Shown here: piece after piece, positions 1 to 9,000 of the stretch
How positions within the stretch are numbered: position 1 is the stretch's first letter
How the letters are laid out: each line of letters begins with the position of its first letter
From: Patescibacteria group bacterium
GTDB lineage: Bacteria > Patescibacteriota > JAHJAL01
Assembly (NCBI GenBank): GCA_049322675.1
Contig: JBMORM010000025.1
Coordinates: 64,520-128,519, forward strand
Direction: 5' to 3'
Length of the DNA stretch: 64,000 nt
Made by a program: the position numbers and the translations under genes
The notes under the pieces: generated by a model
Told to the model about the DNA's origin: nothing
Databases searched by the model: none
The model's input: only the letters and a program-made list of their open reading frames with translations

Positions 1-1834
1 CTTTGTCTCCTTTGTTGAATAAAGTAACCGATCCGTCTTTTTTGAGTAGATAGATTGAGCCATCGATTGTAAATGATATGGCGTTACTAAGATCGATGTC
101 GTTGGGGTTGTTGAGGTAACCGGCGGCAGAAGAATAGTCGGTTCCACCAAGGGTGGAGTATTTGAATATTTGGTTTTCTTTGGGTGATAAAAGGTAGAGA
201 TTGTTGTAGTATGTTTGTAAATCAATGGCTGGTTTCCAGCTAGAATCAAGAGTGGAAAGGTCTTGAACGGTGTTTCCAGATGGATCGAATTTTTGAATTA
301 AGTCATTTTGGTAGAAGATCAAATTATTGGCTTCATTGATAGTACTGGAGGCGACCAGATTTTTTATGTCAAAGCCAGTGATGTTGGTGATTTTTCCTGT
401 TTTTAAACTAATACTGGCTAGATTATTGGAGAAGGAAAATAGGTTGTCGCCAATTTTTTGCAGTTGGGAATATTTATTGCTTCCAACTGTAGAAAGGTCG
501 GCTAGAGGTTTACTGACGTCAATACGAATTATATTGTCAACTTCGTCAATTTTTGAATATATTTTATTGTCGAGATTTTTTATTTCTTCGGAAAAGTAGG
601 GTGAAGTTTTGATTTGATTTAACGAGGTTTGACTTTGTGATAATAATTCTTTGGCTTTTCCTTTGTCTCCAATGATCAGAGAATTTTCTGCTTGACCGTA
701 GAAAGAGTTGGCTTCTTCAAGTGTCTTTTGAACCGCCAATTGTTTGTTTTTCAAGTTTTGATTGCCGCGAATATAAGTGATACTGACAACAAAGATTATT
801 ATCAAAAAAATAATTGCACCAAAAAATATGTATGCTTTATAGGGTGATTTGTTGTTTATTTTTTCCAAGATGTTGTTGGTGGATTTTTTAGTTTCAAGAC
901 GGGAGTTTGGTTTGGGAGTATTGTTGATTTTTTTGGGTATTGGTTTGGCTTTGCGAATGTTTTTGTTATTTTCCGGTTCGGCGATTTTTTTGCTAGGAAT
1001 AAGTGATTTGATGTTTTGAAAAAAAGATGATATTCCAGAAAAATATTTTTCGGATTGTTTGACCATCACGGAAAATTTTGTTCCTTCGTATTTTCGATCT
1101 TGAAGAATAATTTCTTCGGGTTGGGGTCGGATTACTTCTTTGGCTAGTCTTTCTTCGGTAGTTGCTTCGAAGATAATTGCGCCAATACTGCGTATGTTTT
1201 CTTGGGCTAGGATACGTGCTAGTTCGGCGGCGCAAGTGGTTGGACTATGTTGGACAGATAGACGGCGAATGCGGTCTAGAGATATGTTATTGAAAAGATG
1301 TTCGGTGGACATAACCACTCTGTCTCCCGTTATCATTTGTCCACTGGAAATATTGGCAAAAGTATTGAGCGGATGTTTAGTGTCATTTTTTTCTGATAGT
1401 CCTTCAGAAATGTGACTGATGATTTTGTTGCGTATCAAAAAAGCTTCGGCAGAGCCGATTTGGGTGATGTGAATATCGTGATCATTGATGACGGCGATGA
1501 GGCTATTTATATTGTCAATCCAACCCGTGTTGCCTTGTTCAGCAAGTTCGGCCATTTTTTCGTTGACGTGTCTTAATGCGACTTCAAACGATCCTAGGGT
1601 GTCATCCAAATTTTTATAAAAATATTTTACAGTTGTCTCAATAATACTATCGACTACTTTTTGGGAGTCTTTATTGGGATGGTTGATATCGATTACAAAA
1701 TAAAGATTGCCGTGATTTTTGTGAGTTGATTTTTGAGGTTTATAGTCAAAAACGTGTATTAATCTATCTTGTCCGGACAATTTGCTGAGTAACTTACCTA
1801 TGCGAACAGTTTTATGTTCGGAAGTATTGTTCAT
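1..1834 (-). CDS. Membrane-anchored protein: PP2C-like N-terminal domain, TM helix, extracellular helical and beta-propeller-like region (3' end runs off window)
   Basis: ATG at 1834; hand translation MNNTSEHKTVRIGKLLSK...GNLYFVIDI...FEVALRHVNE...IHITQIGSAEAFLIR...FANISSGQMITGDRVVMST; hydrophobic stretch near 780-830. Absent from ORF track because no stop lies in the window. Confidence 0.7.
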   Translation of the reverse strand, partial: MNNTSEHKTVRIGKLLSKLSGQDRLIHVFDYKPQKSTHKNHGNLYFVIDINHPNKDSQKVVDSIIETTVKYFYKNLDDTLGSFEVALRHVNEKMAELAEQGNTGWIDNINSLIAVINDHDIHITQIGSAEAFLIRNKIISHISEGLSEKNDTKHPLNTFANISSGQMITGDRVVMSTEHLFNNISLDRIRRLSVQHSPTTCAAELARILAQENIRSIGAIIFEATTEERLAKEVIRPQPEEIILQDRKYEGTKFSVMVKQSEKYFSGISSFFQNIKSLIPSKKIAEPENNKNIRKAKPIPKKINNTPKPNSRLETKKSTNNILEKINNKSPYKAYIFFGAIIFLIIIFVVSITYIRGNQNLKNKQLAVQKTLEEANSFYGQAENSLIIGDKGKAKELLSQSQTSLNQIKTSPYFSEEIKNLDNKIYSKIDEVDNIIRIDVSKPLADLSTVGSNKYSQLQKIGDNLFSFSNNLASISLKTGKITNITGFDIKNLVASSTINEANNLIFYQNDLIQKFDPSGNTVQDLSTLDSSWKPAIDLQTYYNNLYLLSPKENQIFKYSTLGGTDYSSAAGYLNNPNDIDLSNAISFTIDGSIYLLKKDGSVTLFNKGDK

Positions 1835-1949
1835 ATTATTTTTTCCCTCTTTGGATAAATTGTCTCAAGGATATTATACATAATCGATATGGAAAAAAAA
1901 TCGGAAAACTGATAAATATTTTTACAGTAATGTTAATGTTTTTATATGA

Positions 1950-2813
1950 TTATTTTTGGCAAAATGGACAGAAATGCGTTCCCCGACCGGCAAATTTTAT
2001 TTTTGTGATTGGGAATTTTCGGCAGGATGGGCATAATTTTTTTTCCTGGCCGTAAACTTTGAGTAAATTTTTGTAATTTCCGATATTTCCATTTCCGTCG
2101 CGGTAATTGTTGGTGGTGGTGCCTCGGTGTTTTATGGCTTTTTTAATTATTTTTTGAGTTGAGTGATATAAATTTTTGATATTTTGGGAGGATAATTTTT
2201 GGGTGGACGTTTTAGGATTGATTTTGGCGTCAAAACATATTTCGTCAGCGTAGATATTTCCTATACCGGCAATGAGTCGTTGATTCAACAGTATGCTTTT
2301 AAGATTGGTTTTTTTGTTGGCGAATATTTTTTTGAATGCGTGGTAAGTAAAATTTTTTGTCAGAGGTTCGATTCCGTATTTTTCTAGTATTAGTTTTAAT
2401 TGATTCTTGTTAACTAGTTGGAGATAACCAAATTGTCTTAGGTCATTGAAAAAAAGGTGATTGTGGTTGGAAAAAATAATTGTGACGTGAGTGTGTCGGT
2501 TGGGTACTGGTTCTGGTTTTTTTGACGTGGAATGTCCGCCAGCGATAATACTTGTGTTTGTTGTGTATATCAATTGTCCGGTCATCTTTAAATGAATCAA
2601 AAGAAATAGATCATTTAGTTTGAGATGAAAAATGAGCAGTTTGCCTCGACGTTGAATATCGGTAAAACAATTTTTGGTCAAATTTTTTATAAAATCTGAG
2701 AGTGGGGTATGAATTATTTTTTTATTACTGACTATAACTTTGGTTATAGTTTTATTGAGAATTTTCTTTTTAAGATCTTGTCTGATTGTTTCTACTTCTG
2801 GTAGTTCGGGCAT
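1950..2813 (-). CDS. mutM: Formamidopyrimidine-DNA glycosylase (Fpg)
   Basis: MPELPEVET, RRGK, HLKMTG, GIGNIYADE and C-terminal zinc finger CPSC...GRGTHFCPFCQ. Confidence 0.97.
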   Translation of the reverse strand: MPELPEVETIRQDLKKKILNKTITKVIVSNKKIIHTPLSDFIKNLTKNCFTDIQRRGKLLIFHLKLNDLFLLIHLKMTGQLIYTTNTSIIAGGHSTSKKPEPVPNRHTHVTIIFSNHNHLFFNDLRQFGYLQLVNKNQLKLILEKYGIEPLTKNFTYHAFKKIFANKKTNLKSILLNQRLIAGIGNIYADEICFDAKINPKTSTQKLSSQNIKNLYHSTQKIIKKAIKHRGTTTNNYRDGNGNIGNYKNLLKVYGQEKKLCPSCRKFPITKIKFAGRGTHFCPFCQK

Positions 2814-2822
2814 ACTATATTA

Positions 2823-2913
2823 ATTTAATTTCTAATTTTCAATTTTCATTAAATTTTCAATGTCTCAATGAACCAATGTTTTAAGTAATTCAAAAATTAT
2901 GTCATTGAAAATT
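2823..2913. repeat. Heptamer palindromic element, mainly left arm
   Basis: atttaatttctaattttcaattttcattaaattttcaatg...cattgaaaatt. Confidence 0.6.
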
Positions 2914-3829
2914 ATGTATTTGCTATTTTCCAAAGTTCTTCGAGATGATCCAATAACAATTCGTGGGCGAGTTGTCTTTGAGATAGTAGTTGGTTTTGAG
3001 CTGATGTTTCTACGACGATTACGCTTTTGGCGGATGGGCCAGAGGTAGTTTGTTTGTTGATAAATATTGTGGTGGCGGCTAGTAGTTCATCAATCGATCC
3101 GTCCGGATTTTTTCCGATAACTCCATTGTCGATGATTTGATCAAAACGAGTTTTTCCAGATAGATGTAGAGGATAGTGAGAAAGAGTTAGGATTTTTACT
3201 ATTTCTCTGGCAACGGGATCATGATCGCTTTTTTCTCCTTGAGAATAGATGTAGCCCTGGTCCAACATGTTATCTTCGTGTAAATCTAGACTGAGAATTG
3301 GTGGAAAATAATTGGATATTTTTAAGATATGTTTGGTCAAGGCCTCGGATTGCCAACAAGATGGTTGTTTTTCTCTAGGATAATCAGGCTGATTTTGATT
3401 ATTGGGGAGTAAATATTCACTATCGCCTACACTTTGACCAATAGTATCTTTGGAAAATTTGGCTTGATTGGGATATCTCCAGCCGAGGTAATATCCTTTT
3501 GGATTGCAAAGAGGCATAACAACAATGGGAATTTTTGCGGATAGTGACCCAATTTGTCTTATTTTATTGGCAATGGCATTGGGCCCGGCCGGTTCTTCTC
3601 CGTGGATACCAGCAATTAACCATAGAGCTGGTCCGGGTATTTTTGAGGTAAAACAAAGAGACGGCAAAGTAATATCTTTTCCGTTGGAATTTTTGAATCT
3701 TTCTTTGAAGATAATTTTTTCTTCAAAATCAAAATCTTTTTGTAGAGTTTGGTAAGTTTTTAGAAGAGTTACTGACGGCAGTCGATTATCATGGAGAAAT
3801 TCAGAAGATTTATTGTTTTTGTTGGGCAT
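2912..3829 (-). CDS. M14-family zinc metallopeptidase (succinylglutamate desuccinylase/aspartoacylase-like)
   Basis: AGIHGEEPAG (HxxE), PLCNPKG, LDLHED, VVET motifs. Confidence 0.8.
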   Translation of the reverse strand: MPNKNNKSSEFLHDNRLPSVTLLKTYQTLQKDFDFEEKIIFKERFKNSNGKDITLPSLCFTSKIPGPALWLIAGIHGEEPAGPNAIANKIRQIGSLSAKIPIVVMPLCNPKGYYLGWRYPNQAKFSKDTIGQSVGDSEYLLPNNQNQPDYPREKQPSCWQSEALTKHILKISNYFPPILSLDLHEDNMLDQGYIYSQGEKSDHDPVAREIVKILTLSHYPLHLSGKTRFDQIIDNGVIGKNPDGSIDELLAATTIFINKQTTSGPSAKSVIVVETSAQNQLLSQRQLAHELLLDHLEELWKIANT

Positions 3830-3852
3830 AAATATACAATTTTTGGGAAAAA

Positions 3853-3923
3853 TCGGGCTGCAGGGAATTGAACCCTGTCTACATCCACCCCATGGACGCG
3901 TACTACCGTCATACTCCAGCCCG
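3853..3923 (-). tRNA. tRNA-Pro(GGG)
   Basis: Reverse complement cgggctg...cgtcc-at-GGG-gt-ggatg...ggttcaattcc...cagcccg-a forms a cloverleaf. Confidence 0.93.
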
Positions 3924-4035
3924 TCGTCGGAGTCGTTCTTATCGTTTCGTGAGAGCCGGAATACCGTCTCTCACTGCACTACTAGAACGCCTCCTCCTCT
4001 ACAAAAAAATTTCTACGACAATTTTTTTGTTGTAA
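3924..4035. ncRNA. tRNA-abutting structured repeat, copy 1
   Basis: Shares tcgtcggagtcgttcttatcgtttc and agaacgcctcctcctct with 7869-8040; stems covary. Confidence 0.55.
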
Positions 4036-4074
4036 GATTCATTTTATTAATGTTTTTAAATTGAATCATTTATT

Positions 4075-4114
4075 CATTGGAAATTTAATGAAAATTGAAA
4101 ATTGGAAATTAAAT
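4075..4114. repeat. Heptamer element, lone right arm
   Basis: cattggaaatttaatgaaaattgaaaattggaaattaaat; reverse complement matches 2823-2862 at 38/40. Confidence 0.65.
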
Positions 4115-4121
4115 AAAGTAT

Positions 4122-4270
4122 TTCCCGCTGTACCGTATGCTAGACATTGAGCCTTTGTAAGGCCAAGTGAGTGTCCGCAGGTTTAGATTACGAAGAATCT
4201 AAACAAATATAGGACTCTCAATAAAAAAAGTGTCAGATTCAATGTTGTTAACATTCGAATACAGCAGGAA
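4122..4270 (-). ncRNA. ssrS: Probable 6S RNA
   Basis: ~150-nt rod: closing stem ttcctgctgta/tacagcgggaa, central bubble, inner stem gagagtcc/ggacactc, apical stem gtttagatt/aatctaaac; resembles Firmicutes-type 6S architecture. Confidence 0.65.
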
Positions 4271-4275
4271 TTTTT

Positions 4276-4923
4276 TTAGGTCAAAAGTGTAAGCGGTAAG
4301 CCGCGCAAAATATAGGCAAATATCATATTAACTGTAATAAATATCCAGGACAAAATTGGAATTTGTCGGTGTAGTAATAATATTATCAATAAAATTATCG
4401 GGCCGGAAGTGATAAATAATTTCATGGTTGACGGTTTTTTTATAAAATACATGATCAATTTTGAACCGTCGAGGGGATAGATAGGGAGTAGATTGAAGGT
4501 AAATAGTAATAAGTTGAGATAATATACGGTTTCTGTAAACTGCAATGCAGCTATCTTTTCAATATTGTAGCCAAGAGCAAGTGCTATAGTGGTGGGAAGG
4601 GAGGTGATTGCTGCCATGATTAGGTTAGCGATTGGTCCGGCAAATGAGGTGATTACATAATCTCGGGAGGGATTTTTGTAGTTGTTGGGGTTTGTCATGA
4701 CTGGTTTTCCCCAGCCAAATCCGGCTAATAGGAGGAAGATAGTTCCAAATGGGTCCAGATGTTTGATAGGATTAATGGTAATGCGGCCTTGAATTTTGGG
4801 AGTTGGATCGCCAAGATAATAGGCTGTCCAGGCATGAGCGTATTCGTGTATGCTTATTGCCATTATCAGAGCAATGATGGCAAAAATTGTTTGAATGGGG
4901 TCGGAAATGATGTTTTGTATCAT
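4276..4923 (-). CDS. Site-2 protease family (M50) membrane metalloprotease
   Basis: HEYAH, AGP, FNLLPIYPLDG; start moved to ATG 4923 (MIQNIISDP). Confidence 0.92.
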   Translation of the reverse strand: MIQNIISDPIQTIFAIIALIMAISIHEYAHAWTAYYLGDPTPKIQGRITINPIKHLDPFGTIFLLLAGFGWGKPVMTNPNNYKNPSRDYVITSFAGPIANLIMAAITSLPTTIALALGYNIEKIAALQFTETVYYLNLLLFTFNLLPIYPLDGSKLIMYFIKKPSTMKLFITSGPIILLIILLLHRQIPILSWIFITVNMIFAYILRGLPLTLLT

Positions 4924-5027
4924 ATTATCTGATATTATGAATGGGAAAAGGTTTGTGTTATAATTGTTTAAGCTTTCAGATAAAATTATATCATTATTTT
5001 CTTTTATAAAAAAATGAGGTAAAAAAT

Positions 5028-5213
5028 ATGGCAAAAGTATGTCATTTCTGTCAAAAAAGGTTTTTGGCTGGTAACAATGTTAGTCATTCAAATAGAAAGA
5101 CGAGACGTCGCTTTAATCCAAATTTGCAATTGAAAAAAATTTCTCAAAACAATTCGAATGTGAGAGTATATGTTTGTGCCAAATGTATAAAGTCGCAGCT
5201 CAAGGTTGCATAA
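5028..5213 (+). CDS. rpmB: 50S ribosomal protein L28
   Basis: MAKVC...[20 protein letters not shown]. Confidence 0.97.
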   Translation: MAKVCHFCQKRFLAGNNVSHSNRKTRRRFNPNLQLKKISQNNSNVRVYVCAKCIKSQLKVA

Positions 5214-5214
5214 T

Positions 5215-6171
5215 ATGAAAGAGATAAGGTGGGACAATATTTTTGGGCATGAAGTGCAAAAAAGACAACTGAAAGAATTTTTTTCGGTTGGTATGCCTCA
5301 TTGTCTTTTGTTTGTCGGTCAGGATGGAATAGGTAAAAAAATGATTGCGGAAAGATTGGCTAGGGCGGCTTGGTGTCAGTCAGACAAGGCTCCGTGCGGA
5401 GAATGCGATGGATGCAAGGATTTCTCCAAACGGGGAATGTTTTTGGTGGCGGCTGATTCGGTAAAAATGTTTAATATCGATGAAGTCAGGTTCTTAAAAG
5501 AAAAATTGGAAAAAACTGATTTTTCGGGAAATTTGCGATTGGTGATTGTAGATAATGTTCATTTATTGAGCAAGATTGTCGCAAATGCGTTGTTGAAGAT
5601 TTTGGAGGAACCGGCAAAAAATATTACATTTGTATTGATTGCTTCTAACGCGTATAGTGTTTTGCCAACGATAAAATCCAGATCTTTGATGATGAGATTT
5701 GATAAGTTAAGCAAAGCGGATATAGATAAAATGATTATTGCTTGGGGTGAGACTGATTTAGATAAAAATTGGTCGATGTTGGTTTCTGGTCAACCTGGTT
5801 TGATAAAAAAAATATTTTTTGGTAATACGCAGGAAATAACGGATAAAATGATTTCATTTTGGAAAATGTTGATGGCTGATTACTGGGTAAAAAGTGAGAT
5901 TACCAAGAAAGTTTCGTCATTGGAAAAAGAAAAAATAATGGGGGTGATTTTTTTCTGGGAGATTTGTTTGCGTAGTTATTTGTTGTGGAAACAAGGGATG
6001 GAAAAATTTTGTTGGTGGCATGAGAAAGAGGTATTGGAATGGTATAATAATTGTAATTTGACTTGCGATCAGGTAGTGAGATTGTTGGATCAGTTGGGTG
6101 ATCTAAGAAATATGATTGTAAATAATTACAATAAAAAGATACAAATATTCAATTTTTTATTAGAATCATGA
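5215..6171 (+). CDS. holB: DNA polymerase III delta-prime subunit
   Basis: GQDGIGK, C4 zinc module PCGECDGC, ANALLKILEEP, LPTIKSR. Confidence 0.88.
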   Translation: MKEIRWDNIFGHEVQKRQLKEFFSVGMPHCLLFVGQDGIGKKMIAERLARAAWCQSDKAPCGECDGCKDFSKRGMFLVAADSVKMFNIDEVRFLKEKLEKTDFSGNLRLVIVDNVHLLSKIVANALLKILEEPAKNITFVLIASNAYSVLPTIKSRSLMMRFDKLSKADIDKMIIAWGETDLDKNWSMLVSGQPGLIKKIFFGNTQEITDKMISFWKMLMADYWVKSEITKKVSSLEKEKIMGVIFFWEICLRSYLLWKQGMEKFCWWHEKEVLEWYNNCNLTCDQVVRLLDQLGDLRNMIVNNYNKKIQIFNFLLES

Positions 6172-6172
6172 T

Positions 6173-7012
6173 ATGAACGACCAAGATGAAAAAAAACTAG
6201 TAGTTGGTTTGCGTTTTATTTCTGGTTTAAAAATATACCATTACGACCCTAATGGTGGGGATTGGCAGAGGGGTGATTATGTTGTGGTCGAAAATCAGCA
6301 GGGAGAGGAATTGGCCAAAGTTGTATATCCAAAAAAGGAAATTAGTAAGAGCCAATTGGAAGACACTGAATTATTGAAAGTAATTCGTTTGGCTACTGAG
6401 GACGACAAAAAAAATACAATTTTGTTTTTCAAAGAGAAAAAACAATATTTAGAAGAAGCTAGAAATTTGGCGAAGAGTTTAAAATTGTTGATCAAATTTA
6501 TTGATGTTAGCAAGTCGTTGGAAGAATCTGGCAGATTGTTGTTTTTGTTTGCAGCCGATGGACGAGTTGATTTTCGTGATTTATTGACTCGAATGTCAAA
6601 AAAGTTTAATTGTCCGATTCGTTTGTATCAAATTGGACCGCGAGATACAGCTCGAATGATCGGAGGGGTGGGGGTGTGTGGTCAGCAATTGTGTTGCCAT
6701 AGATTTTTAACTAAATTTGAAAGTATTACCATGGATATGGCGAGAGAGCAGGATATGTTGAGTGTAGGAAGCAATAAAATATCTGGTGTATGTGGAAAAC
6801 TTTTGTGTTGTTTGGAATATGAGTTGGAGATATACAAGAAATTGAAAAAAGGAATGCCTCCTTTGTATAGAAATGTGATGACGAATGACAAACAGACCGG
6901 AAAAATTATAGAAAGAAACGTATTGATGCGTACTGTGACGTTGGAGATGGAAAATGGGTCAAAAAAAACATATGCGGTGGAAGATGTAAAATTGATTGAT
7001 GACGTTAAATAA
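6173..7012 (+). CDS. ricT: PSP1-domain protein (RicT/YaaT family)
   Basis: RVDFRDLL, QIGPRD, GGVGVCGQQLCC, SGVCGKLLCCLEYE; follows holB as in Bacillus. Confidence 0.88.
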   Translation: MNDQDEKKLVVGLRFISGLKIYHYDPNGGDWQRGDYVVVENQQGEELAKVVYPKKEISKSQLEDTELLKVIRLATEDDKKNTILFFKEKKQYLEEARNLAKSLKLLIKFIDVSKSLEESGRLLFLFAADGRVDFRDLLTRMSKKFNCPIRLYQIGPRDTARMIGGVGVCGQQLCCHRFLTKFESITMDMAREQDMLSVGSNKISGVCGKLLCCLEYELEIYKKLKKGMPPLYRNVMTNDKQTGKIIERNVLMRTVTLEMENGSKKTYAVEDVKLIDDVK

Positions 7013-7056
7013 TTTATTATTGTTTTGAGTGTATAGTTTAAATAATATAAGATGGT

Positions 7057-7683
7057 ATGTACGAGTTGATTGTAATTTTGGTAGTTGCGGTAATTTTGAT
7101 ATATATCATATGGAAGTTTAGTCGGCCGAAATCGGTTGATTATGGTATAGAGGTAGTGGCTGCCAAGGATGCGAAAAAAAATTTGAATTTTGATACGACT
7201 TTGGAAGAAAATTATGAAGAAAGTCAGACAAGTGATCAGACAGGTCCCGTCTCTCGTAAGGCAATTGATAAGTTGACTGGGGAGATGGAACAGGAATGTA
7301 TTGAGAGAATATACAAAAATCCGAAAGATATTAATGCTTATATAAAATTGTCTGTTTATTATATTCAAAGAAAAAAATGGATAGATGCAAAAGAAGTGTT
7401 ATTGGAGGCAGTCAAGATAGAACCTGATAACGATAAGGTGCAAAATAATTTGGGAGTGATATTTTTTCATCAAAAAACTTATAACAATGCTATTCGATCT
7501 TTTGAAAAGGCTATTGCCAAGAACGATAAAGTAGCTCACAGATTTGTGAATATTGCTTTGGCATATTCCGCCATAGGAGAAAATGTACGAGCGGCTGAAT
7601 ATTTTTCCAAGGCGATTACTCTGGATCCGGAGCAGAAGCAATATCAGGAGTTGTTGTCAGAAGTAAAGAGTCTTTTGGTATAG
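7057..7683 (+). CDS. Membrane-anchored tetratricopeptide repeat protein
   Basis: N-terminal TM helix and 3-4 TPR-like units (NNLGVIFF, AITLDP). Confidence 0.85.
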   Translation: MYELIVILVVAVILIYIIWKFSRPKSVDYGIEVVAAKDAKKNLNFDTTLEENYEESQTSDQTGPVSRKAIDKLTGEMEQECIERIYKNPKDINAYIKLSVYYIQRKKWIDAKEVLLEAVKIEPDNDKVQNNLGVIFFHQKTYNNAIRSFEKAIAKNDKVAHRFVNIALAYSAIGENVRAAEYFSKAITLDPEQKQYQELLSEVKSLLV

Positions 7684-7688
7684 GAGAG

Positions 7689-7778
7689 AATTTTAAATTT
7701 CCAATTTTCAATTTTCAAATATGTTTTGAATTTGATATTCGGATATTTTTGGAAATTGAGAATTGGAAATTGAAAATT
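7689..7778 (+). repeat. Heptamer palindromic element, core A
   Basis: aatttcc/aattttc arms, core atgttttgaatttgatattcggata, ggaaatt/gaaaatt arms. Confidence 0.8.
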
Positions 7779-7793
7779 ATATTTTGTATGTTT

Positions 7794-7866
7794 GCCGGGA
7801 TAGCTCAGTTGGTAGAGCAACAGTTTTGTAAACTGTGGGTCGCGGGTTCGAATCCTGTTCCCGGCT
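7794..7866 (+). tRNA. tRNA-Thr(TGT)
   Basis: gccggga-tagctcagttggtagagc; acagt-tt-TGT-aa-actgt; ggttcgaatcc. Confidence 0.95.
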
Positions 7867-7868
7867 TT

Positions 7869-8040
7869 TCGTCGGAGTCGTTCTTATCGTTTCACCAGAG
7901 CTAAGAATACCTTTTTGGACGGGTAGGTTATGACCTACCCCTACGACCAGAACGCCTCCTCCTCTTTCCAAAAATTTTCATTTCCTGATTGATCCTCGTT
8001 ACACTCCGGTCAATCGGAGCATTCGCAATTTTTGGAAGTA
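7869..8040. ncRNA. tRNA-abutting structured repeat, copy 2, with nested REP-like hairpin
   Basis: Same conserved blocks as 3924-4035; extra hairpins gggtaggt/acctaccc and ctgattgatc/ggtcaatcgg. Confidence 0.55.
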
Positions 8041-8129
8041 AGTGGGAAATGGGAAAAAATACTGGATTTTCGGGTACTGGAAATGTTATTTTGGAAATTG
8101 GACATTGAAAATTGGAAATTTAAAAATAA

Positions 8130-8213
8130 GGGTAGGTAGCGAAGTGGTTAAACGCGACAGACTGTAAATCTGTTGGCTTTATGCCTTCGGTGGTTCGAAT
8201 CCACCCCTGCCCA
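8130..8213 (+). tRNA. tRNA-Tyr(GTA)
   Basis: acaga-ct-GTA-aa-tctgt, long variable arm, ggttcgaatcc. Confidence 0.95.
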
Positions 8214-8221
8214 CTTCAAAA

Positions 8222-8307
8222 AAATTTTCAATTTTCAATTTTTAATTTCCAAACATATTTTGTATGCGATATTCGGATATTTATTGAAAAACGAGAATTG
8301 GAAATTG
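8222..8307 (+). repeat. Heptamer palindromic element, core A
   Basis: core aaacatattttgtatgcgatattcggata between inverted heptamer arms. Confidence 0.8.
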
Positions 8308-8322
8308 TATTTTTGTTTGCGC

Positions 8323-8395
8323 GCCTGGATAGCTCAGCTGGTAGAGCACTTCCATGGTAAGGAAGAGGTCACCGGTTCGATCCCGGTTCCAGGCT
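8323..8395 (+). tRNA. tRNA-Thr(GGT)
   Basis: cttcc-at-GGT-aa-ggaag; ggttcgatccc. Confidence 0.95.
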
Positions 8396-8472
8396 TTTAG
8401 AATAGTTGGTTGATTGTAAATTAATAAAATTAATCATAGTTCGTGCGATGGTTTGTGATTTTTTGGTTATTT

Positions 8473-8597
8473 AATTTCCAATTTTCAATTTCCAATTTCC
8501 AAAAAATATTCAATGACCAATTTTCAATAAAGTATTTTTGTTTGGAAATTGAAAATTGGAAATTTTATGGAAATTGGAAACTGGAAATTGAAAATTA
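8473..8597. repeat. Heptamer palindromic element
   Basis: (aatttcc)n...caatgaccaa...(ggaaatt)n upstream of rpmG. Confidence 0.8.
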
Positions 8598-8614
8598 ATT
8601 ATTAATAAAATTAT

Positions 8615-8788
8615 ATGGCCAAGGAAAATCGCGAAGTTATAAATATGGAATGTACAGTGTGTGGACGATTGAATTATCAAACCACCAAAAGAATGAAACC
8701 AAAATCCGGTGAGCAGATTACCAGGTTGGAGCTGATAAAGTTCTGTCGACATTGTAAAAAAAGAACACCACATAAGGAAACAAAATAA
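8615..8788 (+). CDS. rpmG: 50S ribosomal protein L33 (zinc-binding type)
   Basis: Hand translation MAKENREVINMECTVCGRLNYQTTK...LELIKFCRHCKKRTPHKETK (57 aa, below ORF-track cutoff). Confidence 0.95.
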   Translation: MAKENREVINMECTVCGRLNYQTTKRMKPKSGEQITRLELIKFCRHCKKRTPHKETK

Positions 8789-8910
8789 ATTTTCAATTTC
8801 CAATTTTAAATTTACAAACGATATTATGTTGGGATATTGGGATAAGATTTTTTGTGTCCGTACAAAAAATAGATTTCATTGAAAATTGGAAATTGATCAT
8901 TGGAAATTTT
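8787..8910 (+). repeat. Heptamer palindromic element, core A
   Basis: Begins inside the rpmG stop codon; core aaacgatattatgttgggatattgggata. Confidence 0.75.
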
Positions 8911-8919
8911 TTTGAATGC

Positions 8920-8990
8920 GGGGATATAGTTCAATGGTAGAATCCCGGTCTCCAAAACCGGTGATCTCAGTTCGAATCTGAGTGTCCCCG
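8920..8990 (+). tRNA. tRNA-Trp(CCA)
   Basis: ccggt-ct-CCA-aa-accgg; agttcgaatct. Confidence 0.95.
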
Positions 8991-9000
8991 TTTTAAACAA

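Noticed and set aside
3924-4035. Hammerhead ribozyme, suggested by a stem followed by GAAAC on the minus strand
   Set aside because: The CUGANGA core is absent in both copies.
6682-7368. 228-aa antisense ORF and many similar short antisense ORFs
   Set aside because: They overlap well-supported genes on the opposite strand and have no recognisable motifs.
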